A program made the translations under genes and the position numbers. Shown piece by piece: positions 9,453 to 18,661 of a DNA stretch of 64,000 nt. This DNA is from an uncultured Chloroflexia bacterium (GTDB taxonomy: Bacteria > Chloroflexota > Dehalococcoidia > DSTF01 > JALHUB01). The stretch spans positions 1,920,001 to 1,984,000 of the forward strand of contig OY969814.1 of NCBI GenBank assembly GCA_963703345.1. The letters run 5' to 3'. The number at the start of each line of letters is the position of its first letter. Position 1 is the stretch's first letter. The notes under the pieces were generated by a model. It made no database searches. It saw only the letters and a program-made list of their open reading frames with translations, and was not told the origin of the DNA.

Positions 9453-10022
9453 TTGCATCGGAGAGAAGACGCACCACGCACAGTGCACGTTGAATATCTC
9501 CTATCGCACGCGCAGTACCATGATTCCCTTCTGCAGCAATACCGCGGATTTGCGATTAGTTCGGCGTCTATCCTTGTGGCGCTCGGGACTGGTCTGACGG
9601 TCACGATTCTGCTCATCGACAATTCTATTGCGGCTTTGGCCTTAGCTGTCGTGACAGTGCTACTCGCGGTCTTCGCTTTCGTCTTTTCCAAGAGAGTTTC
9701 ACGGATAATCAGCTCACGTGGCGACGCCGTTTCCTATTGGCTATGCCAGTTGATCGCAGCCGAGCAACTGCTTCCTAGTAGCGAGCGATACTACACGAAA
9801 TTCCAACTCGAACGGAGGGGGCACGACTTGGACTTGCCCAGCAATGATGCCGACTTCGAGCTAGACTCGCTCACTTGTGAGCAGCGGCAACTGCTCGTAG
9901 GACGGGATGGAGGCAATGCTCGCCAGGCACTCGACTTCTGGCTTGACTTCGGGATCCGCGGGCTCTGGCTTGTGTTGATTCTCGTGGTGCTGATATCGCT
10001 TGTCATTAGGCTATTCGCCTAG
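9453..10022 (+). CDS. Three-TM hypothetical membrane protein
   Basis: Three hydrophobic segments; directly after mod; lower GC; start uncertain (TTG 9453). Confidence 0.6.
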   Translation: MHRREDAPRTVHVEYLLSHAQYHDSLLQQYRGFAISSASILVALGTGLTVTILLIDNSIAALALAVVTVLLAVFAFVFSKRVSRIISSRGDAVSYWLCQLIAAEQLLPSSERYYTKFQLERRGHDLDLPSNDADFELDSLTCEQRQLLVGRDGGNARQALDFWLDFGIRGLWLVLILVVLISLVIRLFA

Positions 10023-10135
10023 CGGATAGAACAGCCGATTTTTCAAAGCCTTCTGTGGACAAACACGATCAGGTCATCGTGCCTGGTCTTCGACTTCTCC
10101 GCCCACCGGCGGCCCTTCGTTGAGGACGCTCGGGA

Positions 10136-10846
10136 CTAGGTGCCACCCAGCCGCCAGAAGGGCCCGGTCTTCCCCAGCTTTAACAGGGTATTCAGCGTCT
10201 CGTCTTCCAGCTGCATCATACGAGGCAGGTAGTCAGGGGCAAGGCGCTCTCGAAACATGCCCCCTCCGAACAACTGAGCGTAGTCTCTGAGCGGCATCGT
10301 GCCATCGGCGCTGCCGGCATCGTACTGGGTCCAGTTGCGAACGTGCTCTTCCGACCGGAAGAGATTCATGCCGCTTCAGGAGAAGGCTATATTCTCCTCC
10401 CAGCGTGACAAGGGCACGTTGACGTGCCCGACGACGGAGGGCGGTGAGGCTTCCAGAATTTCGCCGTCTCGCATGCGGACTCGTATCGGTTCATTGCAGT
10501 CAAGGCAGGGGCAGTCGATTTGGACTTCTTTGCCAGGGTAGAGCCAGCTGACCGCTAGCGACTCAAACCCTCACTGCCCGTACCATTTCTGCTGGCCGTC
10601 CACAGATATCAGGTACTGCGTCGGGATGTTGGAGAACGGCGCGAAAGACGCGATGTAGTCAGTGCCCGGCTGGAGCCAGAAGCCCGTTATTCCTGCGCCT
10701 TCGAGATCATGAAGGGCATCCCGTGCCGCATCAGGCGAGAGAGCCAGTTGAGTGGCGAGTTCCGTGTAGTGTGGGGCGCGACCGTCGGCAACCAGACGGC
10801 TGATGATGGCGTGATACATCCTTGCCAGGAGTTCGGGTTCTGCCGT
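10136..10846 (-). CDS. MerB-like organomercurial lyase homolog, predicted selenoprotein with two Sec (UGA at 10571-10573 and 10376-10378)
   Basis: One continuous frame: HTH...PFSNIPT...WYGQ-U-GFE...CLDCNEPI...AFS-U-SGMNLFRSEEH; UGAs at MerB catalytic Cys positions; hairpins follow both. Start is ACG 10846 or ATG 10819. Confidence 0.85.
10346..10363 (-). promoter_or_regulatory. SECIS-like hairpin 2
   Basis: CUCUUCC-GGUC-GGAAGAG, 12 nt 3' of UGA. Confidence 0.75.
10543..10559 (-). promoter_or_regulatory. SECIS-like hairpin 1
   Basis: GCUAGC-GGUCA-GCUGGC, 11 nt 3' of UGA. Confidence 0.7.
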
Positions 10847-10988
10847 GGTGCACCTCCTTCGCTTTCAAGCCCCGCAGATTAGCGTGGTGCAGACCATAGC
10901 ACAACCGCTCGCGGCTGCATAGATGGCCCTGGGGTCTGAACACCGGTGGCCCTCGCGGCGCTGGCCCCGTCCCTCATGACACACTTCC

Positions 10989-11025
10989 ACCGTGCGAGCA
11001 ACCCGCTGCCTATCACGCAGAGGGT
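10989..11025 (+). repeat. Direct repeat A containing a tRNA-Asp-like anticodon arm
   Basis: ACCGTGCGAGCAACCCGCTGCCTATCACGCAG (32 bp) identical to 16438-16469. Confidence 0.85.
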
Positions 11026-11184
11026 CATCAACCATCGTTCCGGGATCGGCGCTCTGTGCTACTCACTGCGCAGGGGCGACTGAGCGCGAGACTTCCACAG
11101 ATATGGATGGAGTTTTGACACCCCACAGCCAAAATGTAATCCATATCCGGACGAATGAAGAGAGCGAATAATCGGAGATGAGTT

Positions 11185-14100
11185 CTAGGCAGCTTCGGAC
11201 ATCTCGGGCAGGCAGGCCGAGTCGCCCGAACTGATTCTCCCAATCTCTCCCTTGCGCAGGGCGCGGTTGAACGCCTCCACTACGGTGGGAGAGTACTGCC
11301 GGCCCTTCTGCGCTCGGACCTCCACGATGGCCTGCCTCTGCGGCCATGCCTTCTTATAGGGTCGGTCGCTGGTCATGGCGTCGAAGCCGTCAGCGACGGC
11401 GACGATGGCGGCGCACAACGGTATCTTCTCGCCACGGAGACCGTCTGGATAGCCGCCTCCGTCCCATCTCTCATGGTGCCAGCGGGCGATCTGTCGGGCT
11501 GTCCCCAGCCAGGGATGGGTTGACAGCAGCTCCTCTCCCCATGCGGGGTGTTGCTTCACAATCTTCCATTCTGCCTGTGAGAGCGGCCCCGGTTTGATGA
11601 GGATGGAATCGGGGACGCGCATCTTGCCGAGGTCGTGGAGGAGGGAGGACAACCCGATCTCTCTGATCTCGCCGGGCGGCAGACCCAACTCGGCGGCCAT
11701 CGCTTCCGCAAAGCCCCTTATCCTAGGCAGGTGGTCTTCTGTGTAGGGGTCGCGGGCTTCGGCGCCGGTGGCTAGGAGCATGACTATGCTCTCGTAGGCC
11801 TTGCGTTTGTCCTCGCCTGCGCGCTGACGCTCGATGAAAGAGGCGATGCTCTCCGAGGCGAGGCGCAGCAGTCTGACGTCCTCCTCCCGCTCGTTGGTGA
11901 CACTTTCCATGTTGGCGAATCTGACATAGCCGATGGGTTTGCCGTCGGAGAGCAACGGGACCGCCAGGAGCGAGCGGATGTTCAGCGCCTTCCAGGACTT
12001 CTTCGCTGCTACCGCATCCGGCGGCGCCGCGGATGTGTCGGTCATGATGATAGGGTCGTTCTGCGCCAGCTTCCCCATCCACCAGGGGATCGTCGCGCAG
12101 TCCAGGTCTTGGAGGTTGTCGATCTGCGGCTCCACGCCGGGGGCGCACCACTCGCTCGTGTTGTCCATCCTCGTATCGTTGTCCCGGAACAGGAAGATGT
12201 GGGCGCGGTCGGCGCCGACCGCTTCACTCAAGATGCGGAGGGCAAGATCAAGGCCGGCGCCAGCATCCTCTGACCCGGCCAGGAGGGTAGAGGCTTGGGC
12301 GATGGCGGATTCCATCTTGAGCCTGTTCGCTATCTCCTCCTCTGCCTGCTTCTTGTCCGTGATGTTTGTGACAGCGGCCAGTGCGCCAATGTAGTTCCCG
12401 TCGCGATCGGTGACCGGGTTCGTCGCGAGACTCGCATACACTCTCGTCCCGTCTTTGCGCAGGAACTCCAATTCGTACTGTTCAGCTATTCCCTGCCGGC
12501 GACGTTCGAGCTTGCGGCTGGCGAGTTTCTGTCCTTGCTTATCCATGAATGAGAAGACCTGTCTCCCCAGCATTTCACTGACTGTATAGCCGAGAATCTC
12601 CGCCATACGAGGGTTGGCGAAGGTGGTGTTTGCGTCTTTGTCGATGGCCCAGACGCCCTCCTGGAGCTTCTCAACCAGTTGCCGGTACTTCTCCTCGCTC
12701 TCCCGCAGTGCCTCCTCCGCCTTCTTGCGCTCGGTGACGTCGGTGAAAAAGCCCACATTGCACCTACGGCCGTCTAAGACCACCATGGTGGTGTTGACGT
12801 CAGCGTAGAACAGGCTGTCGTCTTTGCGCTGGCACGGAAGGTCAGATGACAACAGCTTCTCACCCCGCGCTTGGGCCTCGAACTCGGCCAGCACGTAGCT
12901 CAAGGACTCCTTTGGGTGAATGTCCGCCACGCCTATCCGCAAGAACTCTTCTTCAGTGTATCCGAACATCCTGCACATCGCTGGGTTGGCATGGCGGAAT
13001 TGTCTCGTTTGCAGGTCGGCCACGAGCATTCCCTCTGGGGCGCCTGCGAACAGCGCCTTGTACCGCGCTTCTGATTCCCGCAGCGCCTCCTCCGCCTGCT
13101 TGTCCTCCGTGACGTCGCGGACGGTGCCGACTAAGGTCAGCGCCCTCCCGCCCTCATCGAGAACAAAGGCGCGATTGTCGCTAAGCCAACGGTACTCTCC
13201 GTCCCTGCATTGCCAGCGGTACTCAACTGTTGGAGCCTCGTGGCCTTCAACAGTGTCGTCGGGCAGGCGGCTTGGGTGTGTTTGAAACCTCTCTCTGTCC
13301 TCAGAATGGAACCTCTCTCTAACCCCTTCGAGGCCCATGGCGACGATCTCCTGGGGTGCGAACCCGACTAGCCGGAGCGACGATGGGCTCACGTAGTCGT
13401 AGGTGCTGGTTTGCAGGTTCAGCCTGTAGATCAGGTCGCGGGACACCTCCAGGACGTTGCGCAACCGCTCCTCGCTCTTCTGCAGCGCCTCCTCCGCCTG
13501 CTTGCGCTCGATGACCCGTCCCAATCGCTCGGCGATGGCATTGATCAGGTCCCCTTTTTCCGGCAAGAAGGAGCCCTCATCACTCTCTCGCCTCTCCTTC
13601 AGGTAGCACACGTCCACAGCCCCGGTCCGCTCGCCGTTCACGATAACGTCGCTGGTCTGCCTCCAGGCCGTTTCTCTGAAGTTCTCCGTCCGAAACTCTC
13701 GACCGTTGAAGGTGATTCGTGCGCACGTCACCTCCGGATACTGCCAGCCGGGAGGAATGAGGCCGACCGTCTCCTGGAGTATCTCTTCCAGGGAAATGTC
13801 CGGCCTGTGAACTAGATTCGAGATTCCATACAGGCAATTCAGTTCCTTGACCCGCTCGCCAAGGTCGTGCGTCTGATTCCACAGCGCCTGCAGCGCCTGC
13901 CTGCGCTCGGTTATATCTACAAACGAACCCATCATGCAGACAGGTTCGCCGGCCTCATTCGTGACCGTGCTTGCCGAAAGCTGGACATAGAACAGTGAGC
14001 CATCCTTTTTCCTGGCGACCAGTTCACCTATCCAGCTCCCCTCCCAGCGCAGTTCTTGCACTACCTCCGAAGCCCTCTCTTCCATCGTCCAGAACCGGGT

Positions 14101-14667
14101 AGCAGGTTCTCCCAGAACCTCCTGCTCCACATATCCCCAGAGGCTGAGGAAAGAGGCGTTTACGTATGTCAGATTCCCTTCGAGGTCAGCGATGGCAATA
14201 GCATTGGTGGAGGACGCTATGGCCCTATCCTTTATCCTGAGCGCCTCCTCCGCCTGCTTGAGCTGGGTGATGGCGCGAAAAATGCCCCGGGTAGCAACGG
14301 GCTTGCCATCCTTGAATCTACAATCGATGTTCCCTTCAACCGTGATTGTCCTGCCGTCCTTGGCTACGAACATGGCCTCAACCCGTTCAATGCCCTCTCC
14401 AGCCATCACACGTTGGAATGTCTCCGCGCAGTGTGCTTTGCTATCGGGGTGGATGATGTCCATCAAGGACAGGCCGGGGATCTCTTCCTCGCTGTATCCG
14501 AGAGTTTCTCGCCAGGCACGGTTGACGTAGATGAGAGAGCCTTCGGGGGTGACGCTCTGGATCAGGTCATTGGCGTTCTCAACCAGATCCCGATATCCTT
14601 CTTCGCTCTCCCGCAGCGCCTCCTCGCTCCGCTTGCGCTTCGCCGTCTTGTCCCGCGGTTCAGTCAT
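11185..14667 (-). CDS. Multi-PAS/PAC, GAF and HD-GYP cyclic dinucleotide phosphodiesterase
   Basis: Repeated DITE-RKQAEEALRESE PAS linkers; GAF; LLHDLGK and HHERWDGGGYPDGL. Confidence 0.9.
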   Translation of the reverse strand: MTEPRDKTAKRKRSEEALRESEEGYRDLVENANDLIQSVTPEGSLIYVNRAWRETLGYSEEEIPGLSLMDIIHPDSKAHCAETFQRVMAGEGIERVEAMFVAKDGRTITVEGNIDCRFKDGKPVATRGIFRAITQLKQAEEALRIKDRAIASSTNAIAIADLEGNLTYVNASFLSLWGYVEQEVLGEPATRFWTMEERASEVVQELRWEGSWIGELVARKKDGSLFYVQLSASTVTNEAGEPVCMMGSFVDITERRQALQALWNQTHDLGERVKELNCLYGISNLVHRPDISLEEILQETVGLIPPGWQYPEVTCARITFNGREFRTENFRETAWRQTSDVIVNGERTGAVDVCYLKERRESDEGSFLPEKGDLINAIAERLGRVIERKQAEEALQKSEERLRNVLEVSRDLIYRLNLQTSTYDYVSPSSLRLVGFAPQEIVAMGLEGVRERFHSEDRERFQTHPSRLPDDTVEGHEAPTVEYRWQCRDGEYRWLSDNRAFVLDEGGRALTLVGTVRDVTEDKQAEEALRESEARYKALFAGAPEGMLVADLQTRQFRHANPAMCRMFGYTEEEFLRIGVADIHPKESLSYVLAEFEAQARGEKLLSSDLPCQRKDDSLFYADVNTTMVVLDGRRCNVGFFTDVTERKKAEEALRESEEKYRQLVEKLQEGVWAIDKDANTTFANPRMAEILGYTVSEMLGRQVFSFMDKQGQKLASRKLERRRQGIAEQYELEFLRKDGTRVYASLATNPVTDRDGNYIGALAAVTNITDKKQAEEEIANRLKMESAIAQASTLLAGSEDAGAGLDLALRILSEAVGADRAHIFLFRDNDTRMDNTSEWCAPGVEPQIDNLQDLDCATIPWWMGKLAQNDPIIMTDTSAAPPDAVAAKKSWKALNIRSLLAVPLLSDGKPIGYVRFANMESVTNEREEDVRLLRLASESIASFIERQRAGEDKRKAYESIVMLLATGAEARDPYTEDHLPRIRGFAEAMAAELGLPPGEIREIGLSSLLHDLGKMRVPDSILIKPGPLSQAEWKIVKQHPAWGEELLSTHPWLGTARQIARWHHERWDGGGYPDGLRGEKIPLCAAIVAVADGFDAMTSDRPYKKAWPQRQAIVEVRAQKGRQYSPTVVEAFNRALRKGEIGRISSGDSACLPEMSEAA

Positions 14668-14975
14668 CGATGGTTCGTCCCTATGCAGTCTGCTGCAAAC
14701 TGATGCCTACCACCCATGTCGCTGGCGCTCACAGTCGCCGGCAGGGTGCAGGCGATGTGCGCAAGAGGATCAGGGGCCTGCCCGCACCTTCGCGCCCATC
14801 CACTGAATTATTCGGTGTTTCGCTGCACATTGGCCAGGGGGTGTGGGGCAACAGTATTGGATCCGTATCTGCGCAGGTCAAGCGCCGGCCCACTCGTACT
14901 CGTGGCGGAGGCCGATGTTCCCTCAGGCCTTGACCCTCTGCCGGGAAAGCAGATGGTTGGCCGTCAGCGATGTAA

Positions 14976-15000
14976 AAGGCTGGGCGTATTGCCCAGCCTT
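14976..15000. other. Perfect intergenic hairpin
   Basis: AAGGCTGGGC-GTATT-GCCCAGCCTT. Confidence 0.5.
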
Positions 15001-15071
15001 CCCTAATGTATATGTGTTCTGGAGCGGGAAACCAGAGCAGTGCGTTTCCCAAGACTTGACACCCCAAAGGA

Positions 15072-15099
15072 ATGCACACGATGAGGTCATAGTGTGCGG
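15072..15099. repeat. 11-6-11 palindromic site (Xer-like or operator)
   Basis: ATGCACACGAT-GAGGTC-ATAGTGTGCGG; right arm 10/11 identical to the site at 17687. Confidence 0.5.
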
Positions 15100-15397
15100 T
15101 CTAGCCCTCAGTGATAGCGCTGCCACGAGTGGTGCTTTGGCACCCCAGAACTGCCTAGGCGACGCTATCTCCGGATATGGCGCTCTCCGAGAGCTCCCGC
15201 GAGAAATGCTGGAGGCCATCAGCCAGCTTTTCCACACCGTAGGGACCCTGCCGGCGGTGGCGCACCAGGGCGCCTGCGTTCAACGCTCCGTTCGCGTTCG
15301 ACTCCTCGGGCACGGTGCCGCCCTGGCCCTAAAGCAGCGTCTCACAAGAATCGTAGCCGCAGGGTCGCAGTCGGAGGAGGTCAGCCTCTCTGGAAGG

Positions 15398-16024
15398 CTA
15401 CTTTGACTTCGCCGAACTCGCTGCGGGCTTGACGACGCCGAGCGGCAGCACTTCGCGACCCCACGTCTCCTGGAGGAGGATCGCGAAAGAGGTGTAGAGT
15501 GCGGCTCCCGCCGTGAGCATTCCCTCCCAACCGATCGCATGCATGAAGTTGCCATTCGGCTCGTGCACACCGATTGCGAGGCCGAAGAAGAGCACGGTGA
15601 GCAGGACAAAGGTCACCTGCAGGGCACGCGAAATGCCAAAGGTCGCGACCGTCATGTAGGCGGCGAAGATTCCCCAGCAGACGAGGAATAGCGACTTGCC
15701 CTCGGCTGCCACCGGCGCGATTGCCCCCGTCTTCGTGAGGATGTTGACGAGTGCCAGAAACGCCCAGAAGGCACCGAAGGCGCTGAAAGCGGTGAAGCCG
15801 AAGGTATTATTCTTCTTTGCCTCCCACATGCCCGCCGCGAACTGGGCAATCCCGCCGAAGGCGATGCCAAGCGACCACACTACCCCCTCGGACCCTTTGT
15901 TGACGAGGCCGGCGTTGAACGCGTTCAGGGCAAGCGTCGTGAGCCCAAAGGCCGCAAGGCCGAGGGGCGCGGGGTTGGCGAGCCTCTCACTTACCTCGAT
16001 CACGGTTGGATTGCCGTCTGCCAT
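15398..16024 (-). CDS. satP: Acetate/succinate uptake channel (GPR1/FUN34/YaaH family)
   Basis: LANPAPLGLAAFG and NTFGFTAFSAFGAFW signatures; AAGGAG SD. Confidence 0.88.
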   Translation of the reverse strand: MADGNPTVIEVSERLANPAPLGLAAFGLTTLALNAFNAGLVNKGSEGVVWSLGIAFGGIAQFAAGMWEAKKNNTFGFTAFSAFGAFWAFLALVNILTKTGAIAPVAAEGKSLFLVCWGIFAAYMTVATFGISRALQVTFVLLTVLFFGLAIGVHEPNGNFMHAIGWEGMLTAGAALYTSFAILLQETWGREVLPLGVVKPAASSAKSK

Positions 16025-16437
16025 TCTAGAGGGTCTCCTTTCGTTCCGCCCCTTAGCCGAAGCGGGGGTGCCAGTGGTTTCAACCACTGTGCAGGCAGGA
16101 GCGCGAAGAGGTCAAGCCCCCCGGCGGTTCAGGCATTCCGCTTCGATTGATGTCAGGTGGGGTCGCAATCGCCGGGTGGTTTCTCGTGAAGGATTTCAGG
16201 CCAAACCCGGGTCGATGTTCGTTCCGGAAGAATAGTTCAGGAATTCGCTGTTGAGTCGTCTGTGAGCCGTCACGCCTGGTTGACCATTTGCGACCTACCC
16301 GGTCGCCATACTAAAGCGGCAAGACTGCGGACACAGACGACGGAACCGGATAGCGGCAGGCCGACGCAGCTCTGACTAGCCCTACAGTGGCGCAACGCAA
16401 GCGTCCGCAGCCTAAGTAGCCGGAGAATAGGAAAGAG

Positions 16438-16474
16438 ACCGTGCGAGCAACCCGCTGCCTATCACGCAGGGGGT
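16438..16474 (+). repeat. Direct repeat B containing a tRNA-Asp-like anticodon arm
   Basis: Identical to 10989-11020; followed by a GAGCCTTC/GAAGGCTC hairpin and T-run. Confidence 0.85.
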
Positions 16475-16684
16475 GACCGCGAGCCTTCATCGGTGACCAA
16501 CCGAAGGCTCTGCTTTTTGCTGCGTCTCGAGACCGCGGCCCCAGCAAACTCGACTGCGGCACCGATCCGGGGCAGCTCACTTTCCAGACCGTGATGGAGT
16601 GCGATGCCCCAACAGGCCAGACACCGGGGTATAATCGGCCCGGACGAGTCAACACGACAGAGCGCCTACCAGGGGAACGAACCG

Positions 16685-17638
16685 ATGAATGAGCAAGCTA
16701 ACCGAGAAATGAAGTTCGTGGAGAACTTCATTGAGTTTGGGGCGCTGCATCGCGCACGCGTCGCGTGGGGTCTGCGCGAACAGTTCAGGCGGACTCCGAA
16801 GGAACAGGCGAACTTGCGCGCATCGCTGGCACTGGATCTAGTCCAGACGTACTTGAACACTTACGAAGACATCGCCATCTGGCTGCATGTCCTGCAGAAG
16901 TGGGCCCGACGTGAAGGCAACGTCATACAGCTCCTCGACAGAGAGCGGGCCGTCGGTCAACGACATCGCATCGGCCATCTGCAACGACTCAGCGTTGCAG
17001 ATGGTGGTCACACCGGCGAGAGCCTCGCACGCCGGCTTGGTCTTCCATACAAGGATCGGGACAACTGGGAGGCGGTGCACCCATCTAGCCGAGACCGACT
17101 GCGGCGGGACATCGATGAGTTGGCCAGGCTGTCTAACGCTCTCTTCTCAGGGGCGCAGAGTTGGACAAGGTCGGGCGACTTGGGTCTGTGGAGGGCATGG
17201 AACAAGACTAAGCACGGCATATTCGTCACTCTCAGGCGAAGCAGGACAGGGGCGGGGAACATCCTCACGATCCACGTCAACCCCGACGATCTCGGGGAAC
17301 GCTATGAGCTGCCCGTGCAGGACCGACACTTGGTGAGGCTGCTGGTGAGGACCTTCATGGGCTGCGTCTTTCTGGGGCGTGCACTGGACGTTGTATATCA
17401 GCTTCGGTTTCAGCGCGTGCCTGAAGTCAGTTGGATGGCCCACGCTGCTGCCATGAATATGACAGAGGTCAGCCGAGAAGATATCGAGGAGGTACTCAGC
17501 GCCTCACATGTTCAGCGACAGTCCTGGCTGCTCGGCCCTGGCCCTCACGATCGGCCGTATCAGCTTGAATCCACGTTCGCCCTCAAGTTGGCCTCCGGGT
17601 GGCGGATAAGTGAAACTGACACCGACAAGGCGGACTAG
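16685..17638 (+). CDS. Hypothetical protein (possible HEPN-like RAWNKTKHG motif)
   Basis: Long ORF, AGGGG SD before ATG 16685. Confidence 0.6.
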   Translation: MNEQANREMKFVENFIEFGALHRARVAWGLREQFRRTPKEQANLRASLALDLVQTYLNTYEDIAIWLHVLQKWARREGNVIQLLDRERAVGQRHRIGHLQRLSVADGGHTGESLARRLGLPYKDRDNWEAVHPSSRDRLRRDIDELARLSNALFSGAQSWTRSGDLGLWRAWNKTKHGIFVTLRRSRTGAGNILTIHVNPDDLGERYELPVQDRHLVRLLVRTFMGCVFLGRALDVVYQLRFQRVPEVSWMAHAAAMNMTEVSREDIEEVLSASHVQRQSWLLGPGPHDRPYQLESTFALKLASGWRISETDTDKAD

Positions 17639-17676
17639 ACTGGTCGCCGGTGTCGCCTCCCCCTGGTACTTGATCG

Positions 17677-17714
17677 CTTGACTTCCCCGCACACTAATGC
17701 ATCATGGTGTGCGG
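17677..17714. repeat. CTTGACTTCCCCGCACA repeat with an 11-6-11 palindrome (17687-17714)
   Basis: CCGCACACTAA-TGCATC-ATGGTGTGCGG; first 17 bp identical to 18598-18614. Confidence 0.65.
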
Positions 17715-17826
17715 CCCAGCCCTTTTGGCTGTCATCCGGGGGTCAATGCTCTGATGACCCGTCGCGCTAACGTTGGCACCAGGCGGCTCCGAAGGTGTCA
17801 GAGCTTAGATTCGAGGTGAGCGGGGA

Positions 17827-18519
17827 TTAACGCAGCCCTTTGGCGAAGCGCCGCAAGCGGGTAGACCCCTCCTTCATCAGGACCGGACCGTGTCCGAAGC
17901 AGACAATGTCACACTCCAGAGCGGCCAGCTTGCGGATGGATTCCCTGGCCTGGGCCTTGTCCTGGGTGAAGATGCCGGGCGGAGGGCGCAGGCCCAAGAC
18001 GTTCACGACGGCGTCCCCCACGAAGAGCACACCCCTGGAAGGCATGTGCAGGACGATCTGCCCAGGGGTGTGACCAGGGGCATGCACGACTCGAAGGCCA
18101 CCGACCCCAAGCTCGTCACCATCCTGAAGTTCCCGGCCCACTCGTGACGGTTTCGGCGGTCGGGCCAAGCGGCCGAGGAGAGGACCGAGAAGGCCACTCA
18201 AGAGTCGTGGTGCCCTCGGCGAGGGCATCGGCTGCTCGCCCCGCACCACCGGGGCATCCAATGCGTGCGCACATACTTGAGCGCCCGTAGCCTCGGCCAG
18301 TTCAGCCAGACTGCCGGTGTGATCCCCATGATAGTGAGTCACGACGATTTCTTTGAGGTCCTCGGGCTTGTGACCGATGGCGGCGATGGTCCGGAGTACC
18401 TTCTTTGTGGTACCAGCCATACCCGTGTCGACGAGAGTCAGCTGGTCTTCTCCCTCGACGAGGTAGACCCCACACCCCCTTACTCCCTCTACCCTGTAAA
18501 CGCCCTCGACAATCTTCAT
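17827..18519 (-). CDS. MBL-fold metallo-hydrolase
   Basis: LVDTG, THYHGDH, PGHTPG, GD, GHG. Confidence 0.88.
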   Translation of the reverse strand: MKIVEGVYRVEGVRGCGVYLVEGEDQLTLVDTGMAGTTKKVLRTIAAIGHKPEDLKEIVVTHYHGDHTGSLAELAEATGAQVCAHALDAPVVRGEQPMPSPRAPRLLSGLLGPLLGRLARPPKPSRVGRELQDGDELGVGGLRVVHAPGHTPGQIVLHMPSRGVLFVGDAVVNVLGLRPPPGIFTQDKAQARESIRKLAALECDIVCFGHGPVLMKEGSTRLRRFAKGLR

Positions 18520-18597
18520 GAGTACCCCCTCCTCGATGTTGTCATCGCCGCTGGCGGCTGGATTATACGACAACGTTCTTCGCCTTCGCAGCGTCCC

Positions 18598-18635
18598 CTT
18601 GACTTCCCCGCACAATAAGCGAATATGGTCGTGAT
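18598..18635. repeat. Second CTTGACTTCCCCGCACA site, upstream of the integrase
   Basis: CCGCACAATAA-GCGAAT-ATGGTCGTGAT; TTGACT could be a -35 box. Confidence 0.65.
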
Positions 18636-18661
18636 TCTACGTTTGCGAAGGAGAAACGGCC

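Noticed and set aside
14843-15406. 187-aa ORF
   Set aside because: No recognisable motif or SD; overlaps hairpins and a palindromic site, so probably non-coding
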